A stretch of 64,000 bases of DNA, from assembly GCA_905212975.1 (NCBI GenBank), contig CAJMGO010000004.1, forward strand, positions 4,044-68,043. Reading direction: 5' to 3'. A program made the position numbers and the translations under genes. Below, in pieces: positions 9,017 to 18,154 of this stretch. Under the pieces are notes generated by a model. The model was given only the letters and a program-made list of their open reading frames with translations, did no database searches and was not told where the DNA came from. Each line of letters begins with the position of its first letter. Positions within the stretch are counted from its first letter, which is position 1. This stretch comes from an uncultured Bacillota bacterium (GTDB lineage: Bacteria; Bacillota_I; Bacilli_A; RF39; UBA660).

Positions 9017-10739
9017 TATGAAATTTATACATTTATTATATGTCCCAACTATGGCATGTAATATGAATTGTAAATATTGTTATTTGGAAGATAATACAAA
9101 AGATGAAATGAAACAATATAAAGCAATTGATACATTAAAATATGCAATAAATAAATTTAAAAATAATAATGTGATGCCATTTAATATTTCACTCCATGGA
9201 GGAGAAGTAACAACTCTAAGTAAAGAAGATTTTCATGATATTATAGAGTATATAAGTAACTATTATAAGGAAAATAAAAATTTAATAGAAGAAAATGGTT
9301 TTAGAGTTGGTACCCCACATATAAAAACAAACTTATATAATTTAGAAAAACATATAGATACAATAAAAGAATTTAATGTATCTATTAGTGGTAGTTTGGA
9401 TTTACCTTTTTCTTTACATGATGAATATAGAATTACAAAAGGTAATAATAAAACATTAGATAAAATCTTAAAAAATATTGAATTATTAAATAAATTAGAA
9501 AATAAGAAAAAGGTATCTGCTACTATATTTAAAGAACACTATAATAGAATCGATGAAATAATAGAAAATATAGAGTATTTAAATAAAAATACATGTTTAG
9601 ATATGAATGATTTTAATTTCATGATAGGATTTGATTATAATTCTAACGGGTTATTAACTCCACTTACAGAAGAAGAACAAGTAGATTTCTTTAATAAAAT
9701 GCATGAACACTTTGATAATACAGATTTAGATTCAGGTGTTAATGGGGCATGGTTTAATGAATTTGGACCAGATTATTGTACTAATTGTGATAATTGTGGA
9801 GAAAAATTCTTTTTACTTGAAAAAAATGGAGATATTTATTCTTGCGTAAGAGGTCAAAAACATAAAGAATTTTATTATGGAAATATTTACAATAATACGA
9901 TAGAAGAAATACTAAATAATGCTTATGAAAAAATTATGAAAGCACATAATATGCAAAAGATGAGTGAAGAATGTAAAAATTGTGAGTATTTATATATATG
10001 TAAAACAGGGTGCCCATTTGTTAAAAATATTTATAATTCTAATAAGTCTTATACTTGCAAACTACAAAAAGAATTATATAAAAAAAGAAATTATGAACCA
10101 ATTAATGATAAGTCTATAATGTATGATTATATGTGTAAGATGCATCCTGATATAGCAGATGAATTTATAGTTAAAAATAATAATGAACATAAAAATTTAG
10201 AAGATTTAATAAAGGAAGATATACATTTAAAATATATATATGATCCAAACTCATTTATCTTAAGTATTGATGGAAATGAATATAATTTAGAGTCACAAAT
10301 ATTAAAAAAATCAAGGGAAATAGTATATATAACTAATAAAAGTAAAGTTGTTTTATATATAAGAAAAAATATAATAAATGAAGAATGTGAATATCCAGAG
10401 AACAATTCTGTTTGGATTATGCTATTAAGTGGAGATACAGTACAATATGGTGATGAAAAAAGAGTGAAACAAAGACATATAATGACACATCAGATATATA
10501 AAGGTGTACTTAATCAAATAAAATGTAATAAAGATGATTTTTATTGCTATGATATTACAAATTTATTAAAAGAATATAGTATATATCTATCAAATACTAA
10601 TCCAAATAATATATTTTTTACAACAGCATCACTTAGGGATTATCATTATTTAAAACAAAAAAATAATGCATATTACCATATAGAAGCAATAAATTTACCT
10701 TTTCAAAATATAGAGTTTAATTATTTAGAATGGAAGTGA
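9009..10739 (+). CDS. Radical SAM / SPASM-domain enzyme with ~200 aa C-terminal extension of unknown function
   Basis: CNMNCKYC is a Cx3Cx2C radical-SAM cluster motif and GGEVTTL is a SAM-binding motif. The SPASM/twitch region shows GDIYSC...YYGNIY and CKNCEYLYICKTGC (Cx2Cx5Cx3C). The ATG overlaps the LRR gene stop (ATGAGTAA), indicating translational coupling. Residues ~380-576 have no recognisable motif. Confidence 0.8.
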   Translation: MSNMKFIHLLYVPTMACNMNCKYCYLEDNTKDEMKQYKAIDTLKYAINKFKNNNVMPFNISLHGGEVTTLSKEDFHDIIEYISNYYKENKNLIEENGFRVGTPHIKTNLYNLEKHIDTIKEFNVSISGSLDLPFSLHDEYRITKGNNKTLDKILKNIELLNKLENKKKVSATIFKEHYNRIDEIIENIEYLNKNTCLDMNDFNFMIGFDYNSNGLLTPLTEEEQVDFFNKMHEHFDNTDLDSGVNGAWFNEFGPDYCTNCDNCGEKFFLLEKNGDIYSCVRGQKHKEFYYGNIYNNTIEEILNNAYEKIMKAHNMQKMSEECKNCEYLYICKTGCPFVKNIYNSNKSYTCKLQKELYKKRNYEPINDKSIMYDYMCKMHPDIADEFIVKNNNEHKNLEDLIKEDIHLKYIYDPNSFILSIDGNEYNLESQILKKSREIVYITNKSKVVLYIRKNIINEECEYPENNSVWIMLLSGDTVQYGDEKRVKQRHIMTHQIYKGVLNQIKCNKDDFYCYDITNLLKEYSIYLSNTNPNNIFFTTASLRDYHYLKQKNNAYYHIEAINLPFQNIEFNYLEWK

Positions 10740-10743
10740 AAGT

Positions 10744-11106
10744 ATGTTTAAAGAACCAGAAACATATAATGATTTAATTAGAACAAAAAGGTGTTCTGAT
10801 TTAGCAAAATATTTTGATATACCTAAAGAAATACTAGAAGAAATATGGAATTTTTTATCTCAAAATCCAAAAAATAACGTATATGCATCAAGCAATAAAA
10901 TTAATTTATATACTAATAATAATTTGATAAAGGTTGAAACTTTACCAACTTCTTGTTCAAGTGTAAGTGGTATAAAAATATCAGATAAAGAATTTAAAAT
11001 ATATCCAATTTATACACCAAGTTCATCTAGAAATTATTATACATCAAGTGGCCGTTCTTCTAATAACAATAATAACAACAACAATAATAATAACAATAAT
11101 AACTAG
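10744..11106 (+). CDS. Hypothetical 120 aa protein with a Ser/Tyr-rich C-terminal region ending in a poly-Asn tail; candidate substrate or partner of the rSAM enzyme
   Basis: Starts 4 nt after the rSAM stop. The C-terminus is ...PIYTPSSSRNYYTSSGRSS(N)14, encoded by an imperfect (AAT/AAC)n trinucleotide repeat. Only 2 Cys. Confidence 0.5.
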   Translation: MFKEPETYNDLIRTKRCSDLAKYFDIPKEILEEIWNFLSQNPKNNVYASSNKINLYTNNNLIKVETLPTSCSSVSGIKISDKEFKIYPIYTPSSSRNYYTSSGRSSNNNNNNNNNNNNNN

Positions 11107-11108
11107 AC

Positions 11109-12125
11109 ATGATAAGAGTTTATGATAAAGCTCATTATAATAGATTAAATGAGTATAATGTAAAAATTAAAACTACATATAAAGATGATAAGTCATTACA
11201 TGTAGTGGATGATAATACAAAAAATGATATTGTTGATGGTATTAGATTAGAAAAAGAATATTATAAAGATAATAAATTAGTTTATAAAATAAAAGATTTT
11301 GATCCAAGAATTAAATATACATTTGTAACTAATAATGAAGATGATAAAATAATTAAATGCCCAAATTGTGGTATGAGTGATATTGGTAAAAATTTTAAAG
11401 AAGGATGTCCTTATTGTGGTACATATTATAATGTTGATTATGAAAATAAAAGTTTAGGCGCTAAATATCATTATGATAGAGCTATTAAAGAAAGCAAATA
11501 TTTATTTATAACTTTTGTTGTTGATTTAATTATGAGTTTTTTAATAATGTTTTGCTATATAAAAATAACAGGAAGAACTTTTAATGTTTATGATATATCA
11601 AAAATATTTATTTATACAATAATACTTGCTGCAGCTCTTTTTTATGTATTTTATATGCTAAATGCGTTTATTATAACTTTACCTGTAAAAATATATAAAG
11701 ATAAAATTAATAAACGTCAAATAGAGTTTTGGAACAGAATGAAAGATATAAATAAAAATACATTTTATAATAATCTTAATTATGAATTACAAAACTATTT
11801 TTATAAAGATATTCCAAATATAATTGATTATGATATTATTGATTATATAGAATTTAAGGAACAATATGATGAAAAGCATAATTTATATATATGTGTTAAA
11901 TTGAAATTGAGAATTGTAAAAATAGAAAATAATAAAATAATGTCTTATGAAGAGGTAAAGAATATTAAATTAGAAAAAAATGATGTAAAAATAGAACAAT
12001 TAAATAGTGGAATTAATGTAATAAAATGTAGAGGTTGTGGAGCATCAATCGATGTAACACAAAATGAATGTGAATATTGCGGTGTAAAGACAAATTATTT
12101 ACAAGAATGGTATCTAATAAAGTAA
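11109..12125 (+). CDS. Membrane protein with two CxxC-N-CxxC zinc-ribbon motifs flanking two TM helices
   Basis: CPNCG...CPYCG (res ~84-103) and CRGCG...CEYCG (C-terminal), with two hydrophobic helices in between. Starts 2 nt after the preceding stop. Confidence 0.55.
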   Translation: MIRVYDKAHYNRLNEYNVKIKTTYKDDKSLHVVDDNTKNDIVDGIRLEKEYYKDNKLVYKIKDFDPRIKYTFVTNNEDDKIIKCPNCGMSDIGKNFKEGCPYCGTYYNVDYENKSLGAKYHYDRAIKESKYLFITFVVDLIMSFLIMFCYIKITGRTFNVYDISKIFIYTIILAAALFYVFYMLNAFIITLPVKIYKDKINKRQIEFWNRMKDINKNTFYNNLNYELQNYFYKDIPNIIDYDIIDYIEFKEQYDEKHNLYICVKLKLRIVKIENNKIMSYEEVKNIKLEKNDVKIEQLNSGINVIKCRGCGASIDVTQNECEYCGVKTNYLQEWYLIK

Positions 12126-12164
12126 ATAAAAATCTTTGATATACTAAAGAAATAAAAAAAGAAG

Positions 12165-12191
12165 AAAGTACAAAATTATTGTACTTTTTTT
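12165..12191 (+). terminator. Terminator closing the LRR/rSAM operon
   Basis: AAAGTACAA-aattat-TTGTACTTT followed by T-run. Confidence 0.7.
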
Positions 12192-12249
12192 GTTAATTAT
12201 TAGAAAATATATATTAAATATTTATCATATATTTTAATAGGTGATATAA

Positions 12250-14154
12250 ATGTTTTTTAAAAATATACATTCAAGAATTAGAGTGGTACTTTTATTAATC
12301 ATAATGCTATTTTTATGTGTTATTATTAAGGTATTCTATATACAAGTTATAAGTTATAAAAAACTTTCTAATTTAGCTTATGATCTTTGGAATAGAAATC
12401 TTCCTATAGAAGCAGATAGAGGAAAAATATATGATAGAAATGGTGTTGTACTAGCTGATAACAAAACTACAGTTTCTCTTGTAATAATTCCAAATCAAGT
12501 AAAAGATAAAAAAGAAGTATCTGAAAAATTATCAGAAATATTAAATGTTAGTTATGATGAAATTTATGAACATGTAAGTAAAAAAACTTCTATCGAAAGA
12601 ATTCATCCGGAAGGAAGAAGATTATCTTTTTCTATAGCAGATAAAATAGATTCACTAAATTTAGATGGGGTATATCTCTTAAAGGAATCAGCTCGTACAT
12701 ATCCATATGATAAATTATTATCTCATGTACTTGGATATGTGGGAATAGATAATCAAGGACTTAGTGGTTTGGAACTTATGTATGAAGATTATTTAACAGG
12801 TAAGTATGGATCAATAAAATATGTATCTGATGCTAAGGGAAATAGAATGGAATTATCAGAAACATATGTAGAACCACAAGATGGTATGAATATAAATTTG
12901 ACAATAAATTTTGAAATACAGCAAGCATTAGAAAGAGAATTAGATAATGCAGTAAGTAGATACAATCCTGATCAAGCAATTGGTATAGTAATGAATCCAA
13001 ATACTGGAGAAATTTTAGCTATGTCATCTCGACCAAATTTTTCTCCAACTAATTATAAGGATTACTCAAAAGAAGAAATAAATAGAAATTTACCAATATG
13101 GGCAACATATGAACCAGGTTCAACTTTCAAAATAATAACACTCGCAACAGCACTAGAAGAAAAACTAATAGATTTAGATAAAGATACCTTTACAGATACA
13201 GGAAGTGTTAATGTAGCTGGTGCCAGAATAAAATGTTGGAAACATGGAGGTCATGGTACACAAACTTTATTGCAAGTTGTAGAGAATTCTTGCAATCCAG
13301 GTTTTGTATATATTGGACAAAAAATAGGAAAAGAGACTTTATTTAAGTATATTAAAAACTTTGGTTTTGGAAGTAAAACTGGTATTGATTTAAATGGAGA
13401 AAGTAAAGGAATTTTATTTAAAGAAGAAAATGTAGGACCTGTCGAACTTGCAACAACATCATTTGGTCAAGGAGTAAGTGTTACTCCAATGCAACAAGTA
13501 GTAGCTGTATCTGCAGCAATTAACGGTGGATATATTTATCAGCCTTATATAGTTAAAAGCATAAATGAACCTGAAACTAATTCAGTAATACTTGAAAATA
13601 AATCTAAAGTATTAAGAAAAGTAATAAGTGAAGAAACTAGTGAAAAAGTTAGATATGCACTTGAAAGTGTCGCAACGAATGGGTCTGGAAGAAATGCTTT
13701 TATAGAGGGATATAGAGTAGGTGGTAAGACAGGTACAGCACAAAAAGCAGTAAATGGATCTTATTTAGTAGGAAATTATATTACTTCATTCATTGGCTTT
13801 TTACCTGCCAATGATCCTAAAGTTGTAGTTTATGTAGCAATAGATAATGCTAAAGGTGTAACACAATATGGTGGTACTGTTGCAGCCCCTATAGCGCGTA
13901 ATTTAATGGTAAGTATTATAGATATATTAAATATAGAAAAACCAAGTGGTGGAAGTAGCAAAAAATATAATTGGTATGATAAGAAATATGCAACTGTAAA
14001 TGATGTAACAGGATTAAGTTTAAGTGATGCATTAAATTCTTTAAAACAATTTAAAGTTGAATATAAGGGGAATGGTGATACTGTTATCCATCAATCTCCA
14101 AAAGGTGGAGAATCAATATATGAAGGTGAAACAGTAATGCTTTATTTAAATTAG
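12250..14154 (+). CDS. Class B penicillin-binding protein (FtsI/SpoVD family) with C-terminal PASTA domain
   Basis: N-terminal TM, PBP dimerisation domain, transpeptidase motifs STFK, SCN and KTGT, and a C-terminal PASTA domain (VNDVTGLSLSDALNSLKQFKVEYKG...). Followed by mraY and a SEDS gene, as in the B. subtilis spoVD-...-mraY-...-spoVE cluster. Confidence 0.85.
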   Translation: MFFKNIHSRIRVVLLLIIMLFLCVIIKVFYIQVISYKKLSNLAYDLWNRNLPIEADRGKIYDRNGVVLADNKTTVSLVIIPNQVKDKKEVSEKLSEILNVSYDEIYEHVSKKTSIERIHPEGRRLSFSIADKIDSLNLDGVYLLKESARTYPYDKLLSHVLGYVGIDNQGLSGLELMYEDYLTGKYGSIKYVSDAKGNRMELSETYVEPQDGMNINLTINFEIQQALERELDNAVSRYNPDQAIGIVMNPNTGEILAMSSRPNFSPTNYKDYSKEEINRNLPIWATYEPGSTFKIITLATALEEKLIDLDKDTFTDTGSVNVAGARIKCWKHGGHGTQTLLQVVENSCNPGFVYIGQKIGKETLFKYIKNFGFGSKTGIDLNGESKGILFKEENVGPVELATTSFGQGVSVTPMQQVVAVSAAINGGYIYQPYIVKSINEPETNSVILENKSKVLRKVISEETSEKVRYALESVATNGSGRNAFIEGYRVGGKTGTAQKAVNGSYLVGNYITSFIGFLPANDPKVVVYVAIDNAKGVTQYGGTVAAPIARNLMVSIIDILNIEKPSGGSSKKYNWYDKKYATVNDVTGLSLSDALNSLKQFKVEYKGNGDTVIHQSPKGGESIYEGETVMLYLN

Positions 14155-14208
14155 AATAGTTTTAATATTCTAATTTTTTTTTACATATTATTTATTAGGT
14201 GATGTAAT

Positions 14209-15201
14209 ATGTTAATACTTACGAAGTCAGTTTTAATTTTAGTAATTAGTTTTATTTTATCAGTACTTATAGGACTTGTCTTAATTCCTATATTAAGAAA
14301 ATTTAAAGCAAGTCAATCATTAAGCATTTACCTAGAAGAACGTCATAAAAGTAAAAAAGGTACTCCGACAATGGGTGGATTAATATTTATAATTACACCT
14401 ATTATAGTTATTACCATATTATATTTACTTGGTAAAATAGAATTATCTTTTAATTTTGTCATAATAATTTTTACATTTTTAGCATATTCACTTATTGGTT
14501 TTATAGATGATTATTTAATAATAAAGAGGCATAATAATAAAGGTTTAACAGAAGGACAAAAATTTTTTATGCAAGTAATAGTTGCTGTTATATATTTTTA
14601 TCTATTTATGAAAGCAAATAATGAACCATTACTTTGGATACATGCTTTAAACTTAAAAGCTGATATTGGCTGGTTTTATGGATTATTTATACTATTTGTG
14701 CTTGTAGCTTCATCAAATGCAGTTAATCTAACAGATGGATTAGATGGTCTTGCAGGAGGTCTTTCTTTTATAGCTGTACTAACATTTGCAATTATAACAT
14801 ATTCTACAGGCTGGCTTTATGGATATGAAGAAATTGCCTTATTTTTATTTAGTATAAGTGGAGCAGTACTAGGATTTTTAGTATTTAATTCTAATCCAGC
14901 AAAAGTATTTATGGGTGATACTGGATCACTTTCTCTTGGAGCCTTACTTGGTTCAGTTGCAATTTTAACGAGGCATGAAATACTTCTTATAGTAATAGGC
15001 ATTGTATTTGTTATAGAAACTCTAACTTGTATTATTCAAATTATATATTATAAATTTACTCATAAAAGATTTTTCCCAATGACTCCTATACATCATACAT
15101 TTGAAAAAATAGGATGGGAAGAAAAAGACATTGTAAAATTATTTTGGATAATAGGATTAATAGGATCAACTATTGGAATTATATATGGGGTATGGATATG
15201 A
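14209..15201 (+). CDS. mraY: Phospho-N-acetylmuramoyl-pentapeptide transferase
   Basis: 10-TM protein with MraY motifs (KKGTPTMGGL, NAVNLTDGLDGLA, FMGDTGSLSLGA). Confidence 0.9.
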   Translation: MLILTKSVLILVISFILSVLIGLVLIPILRKFKASQSLSIYLEERHKSKKGTPTMGGLIFIITPIIVITILYLLGKIELSFNFVIIIFTFLAYSLIGFIDDYLIIKRHNNKGLTEGQKFFMQVIVAVIYFYLFMKANNEPLLWIHALNLKADIGWFYGLFILFVLVASSNAVNLTDGLDGLAGGLSFIAVLTFAIITYSTGWLYGYEEIALFLFSISGAVLGFLVFNSNPAKVFMGDTGSLSLGALLGSVAILTRHEILLIVIGIVFVIETLTCIIQIIYYKFTHKRFFPMTPIHHTFEKIGWEEKDIVKLFWIIGLIGSTIGIIYGVWI

Positions 15202-16283
15202 AAAAGGTTGACTATATTTTAGTTTTATCAGTAATAGCGCTTGCTACTTTTGGAGTTATTATGGTATATTCATCATCATATATATGGGCAGAATATAAAT
15301 TTAATGATCCATTTAAATATGTAAAAAATCAAGGCTTATTTTTAATAGTTGGAATAATATTTATGTTTATAATAAGTAAAATAAATTATAATATATATCA
15401 TAAATATTCAAACAAATTACTTATTCTTACAGTAATACTCTTAATACTTGTTTTAATACCTGGTATTGGAAGTGTTAGAAATGGAAGTCGTAGTTGGTTT
15501 GGAATAGGATCTTTTGGAATACAACCAAGTGAGTTGGCTAAAATATCTTTAATTATTTTTACAGCAAAATATTTAACTTTAAATAGAAAAGAGCTTAGAA
15601 GTATAAAAAGTGGAGTATTACCAATATTTTTAGTATGTTTATTTATATTTGGACTTATAATGCTACAACCAGATTTTGGTACAGGAGTAATAATTGTTAT
15701 GACAATAGTTGGAATGTTATTTGTAGGAGGAGTAAATTTTAATTTTTTTATACGTCTTGGAATACTTGGATTATGTGGTATATCAGGTCTTATCATAGCA
15801 GCTCCTTATAGATTAAAAAGAATACTTTCATTTTTAAATCCATGGAGTGATCCACTCGGTAGTGGATTTCAAATAATACAAAGTTTATATGCTATAGGGC
15901 CTGGAGGATTATTTGGATTTGGTTTTTTAAACTCAAGACAAAAGCATTTTTATCTTCCAGAGCCACAAACAGATTTTATATTTTCTATAATCTCAGAAGA
16001 ATTTGGGTTTATGGGTATAGTTATAGTTTCAACACTTTTTTTAATAATTATAATAAGAGGTATAAATATAGCCATAAAATGTAAAGATTTATTTGGTAAA
16101 TTACTATGTTTTGGAATTATATTTGGGCTTTCATTTCAAACACTATTAAATTTAATGGTAGTAACGGGATTAATTCCTGTTACAGGGGTTACTTTACCAT
16201 TTTTGAGCTATGGAGGTTCTAGTTTACTTATAACATTAGCAAGTATGGGAATTGTTTTAAATATAAGTAGGTATAGTAAATAA
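15198..16283 (+). CDS. SEDS-family peptidoglycan glycosyltransferase (FtsW/SpoVE)
   Basis: 362 aa polytopic protein with FtsW/RodA motifs (SELAKISLIIF, FGFGFLNS, LPFLSYGGSS). Start chosen at ATG 15198, overlapping the mraY stop. Confidence 0.85.
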   Translation: MKKVDYILVLSVIALATFGVIMVYSSSYIWAEYKFNDPFKYVKNQGLFLIVGIIFMFIISKINYNIYHKYSNKLLILTVILLILVLIPGIGSVRNGSRSWFGIGSFGIQPSELAKISLIIFTAKYLTLNRKELRSIKSGVLPIFLVCLFIFGLIMLQPDFGTGVIIVMTIVGMLFVGGVNFNFFIRLGILGLCGISGLIIAAPYRLKRILSFLNPWSDPLGSGFQIIQSLYAIGPGGLFGFGFLNSRQKHFYLPEPQTDFIFSIISEEFGFMGIVIVSTLFLIIIIRGINIAIKCKDLFGKLLCFGIIFGLSFQTLLNLMVVTGLIPVTGVTLPFLSYGGSSLLITLASMGIVLNISRYSK

Positions 16284-16303
16284 TGTTTTAAATTTATAAA
16301 AAT

Positions 16304-16329
16304 AAAGAATATGAGAAGTATTCTTTTTT
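16304..16329 (+). terminator. Terminator after the SEDS gene
   Basis: AAAGAATA-tgagaag-TATTCTTT followed by T-run. Confidence 0.65.
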
Positions 16330-16330
16330 A

Positions 16331-16361
16331 TTGACTCTCCATTTGACTGTAATGATATATT
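16331..16361 (+). promoter_or_regulatory. Promoter with 19-bp -35/-10 spacer (MerR-type architecture) upstream of the MerR gene
   Basis: TTGACT, a 19 nt spacer (containing a second TTGACT), then TGaTATATT (extended -10). Confidence 0.35.
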
Positions 16362-16445
16362 TTAACTGTAAAGAGGTGAATAATATTTAAATATAAAATT
16401 AATACGTGATATAATTTAATTAGTTAAAATTTAAAAGGAGGTCAT

Positions 16446-16823
16446 ATGTTATATAAAATAGGTGAGTTTTCAAATATGACAGGACTATCTGTGAAAACTT
16501 TAAGGTATTACGATGATATAGATTTATTTAAACCAATTGATGTAGATTTATTTACTGGGTATAGATATTATAGCACTGATCAAATTTATGATTTAGAGCT
16601 AATCAATGTATTAAAAAGTGTTGGATTTTCATTAGAAGAAATAAAAAATAATTGGGATTCTTTTACAGTAGATTTGTTTAATGAAAAAAAAGATGAATTA
16701 TTAAAAGATATAGAAATAAAACAAAAAGCAATAAAAAAAATAGATGAATTAAAAAGTAATTTAAATAATGGTAAAATTAGAAAAAGAAAGGAAAATACAA
16801 AGAAAGTTAAATCTTTGTATTAA
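16446..16823 (+). CDS. MerR family transcriptional regulator
   Basis: N-terminal MerR HTH (YKIGEFSNMTGLSVKTLRYYDDIDLFKP) with a C-terminal coiled-coil. Confidence 0.75.
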   Translation: MLYKIGEFSNMTGLSVKTLRYYDDIDLFKPIDVDLFTGYRYYSTDQIYDLELINVLKSVGFSLEEIKNNWDSFTVDLFNEKKDELLKDIEIKQKAIKKIDELKSNLNNGKIRKRKENTKKVKSLY

Positions 16824-16832
16824 GGTGATAAA

Positions 16833-17858
16833 ATGAATAATACAAGTTTATTAATAGGAAAAGCAAATAATAAAAATATAAGACACGAAATTAGTTGTAA
16901 TATAAATAATTCTATAACAAATCATGAGAATATATTAGTTTTTAGTGATAATGTATCTTATTATAGTGATTTTTTAAGAAAATTAAATGAAGAAGAATAT
17001 AATACCTATATATTAAATTTAAAAGATAGTTCTCATAGTAATGGATTTAATCCTTTTATTCTTCCATATAAATATTATAAATCTGGTAAAAAAGATAAAG
17101 CAGTTGAAATGTTAGAAAGCATTGGGCATGAGATTTGTAAGGAAAAGAATAGTAATTCAGATCCTTTTTGGGAGAATAGTGCTACATCATATTTTACGAC
17201 TTTAGCGCTTATTCTTTTTAAAGAAGGATCATATGATGAAATAAATCTAGGAAGTATACAAACTATGTTAACTCTTGGTGAAAAAGAATTTGAAGATACT
17301 AATTTAATTAAAAAGTATTTTAGTACCTTGGATATTATGGATCCTATTTATGTATTTGGATCTCAAGTTATATATTCTCCATCTGAAACTAGAGCAAGTA
17401 TTATATCGGTATTAAAACAAAAATTAAATTTATATTGTACAAAAGAAATTTTATTAAATAATTTATGTAATAACGAAATAGATTTATCTATTTTAAATAA
17501 TAAAACAGCAATTTTTATAATAAGTGATACTAAATATAATGGTATTTCTAATATACTAATAAATCAAATATTTAATCAAAATAAAGAATTTTCATATTAT
17601 ATAGATAAAATAGAAAAATTAAATAGTATTACTGAATTAGAAAATATGATTGATAATAATGAAAAAATATTTATTACGTCAAGTTCTAAGCAAGAAATTA
17701 GTGATATATATGGAAATAACTTAATAAATAATATAAATTATGTTAAAGATGTAAAAGAAGAGTATGAAATTTTAGATAAATGTAATATTAATTTACCAGA
17801 TACTAAAATTAATAAACATAATTATTTTAATATAGAGGATTTTATAAAAAAATGTTAA
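16833..17858 (+). CDS. VirD4/TraG-type coupling-protein-like soluble domain with degenerate P-loop
   Basis: Spacing and motifs resemble the T4CP core: ILVFSDNVSYYS matches the VVVTDPKGELY region, NGFNPF the NPLD motif, and DPFWENSATSYFTTLALIL the xxFWxxAxxLLxAL helix. Walker A is GKANNKN instead of GxxGSGKT and there are no TM segments. Confidence 0.4.
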   Translation: MNNTSLLIGKANNKNIRHEISCNINNSITNHENILVFSDNVSYYSDFLRKLNEEEYNTYILNLKDSSHSNGFNPFILPYKYYKSGKKDKAVEMLESIGHEICKEKNSNSDPFWENSATSYFTTLALILFKEGSYDEINLGSIQTMLTLGEKEFEDTNLIKKYFSTLDIMDPIYVFGSQVIYSPSETRASIISVLKQKLNLYCTKEILLNNLCNNEIDLSILNNKTAIFIISDTKYNGISNILINQIFNQNKEFSYYIDKIEKLNSITELENMIDNNEKIFITSSSKQEISDIYGNNLINNINYVKDVKEEYEILDKCNINLPDTKINKHNYFNIEDFIKKC

Positions 17859-17925
17859 AAAATTAAATTTATACTTTAAATCTACATAGAATATATTATT
17901 ATAGTGTAATATTGGGGGTAACACA

Positions 17926-18069
17926 TGAAAAAAATAGAAAAATTAAAAAAATTAAGGAATGCTTTATTATATTATAAAGCAAGTATTGAACATGATGAAC
18001 AGATTAATAATCAATTTGTTCAATATGAAAAAAGTAAAGAAAAAGTAAAAATTTTAACTTTATTTAAAT
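17926..18069 (+). CDS. Small hypothetical protein (47 aa), absent from the ORF track
   Basis: Strong RBS GGGGGT 6 nt before the ATG. Lys/Glu-rich. Confidence 0.25.
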
Positions 18070-18154
18070 AACAAAAGAACATTCATTAGAATGTTTTTTT
18101 TTGATGTTATAATTTGAAAAAAGTAATAAAAAGTGTTACAATTATGAAGTTGAG

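Noticed and set aside
10744-12125. The poly-Asn ORF and the zinc-ribbon ORF as a single frameshifted gene
   Set aside because: They are in different frames, separated by a TAG and 2 nt. The downstream ORF has its own ATG, and the upstream ORF ends cleanly after the trinucleotide tract. No homopolymer is present that would promote a frameshift.
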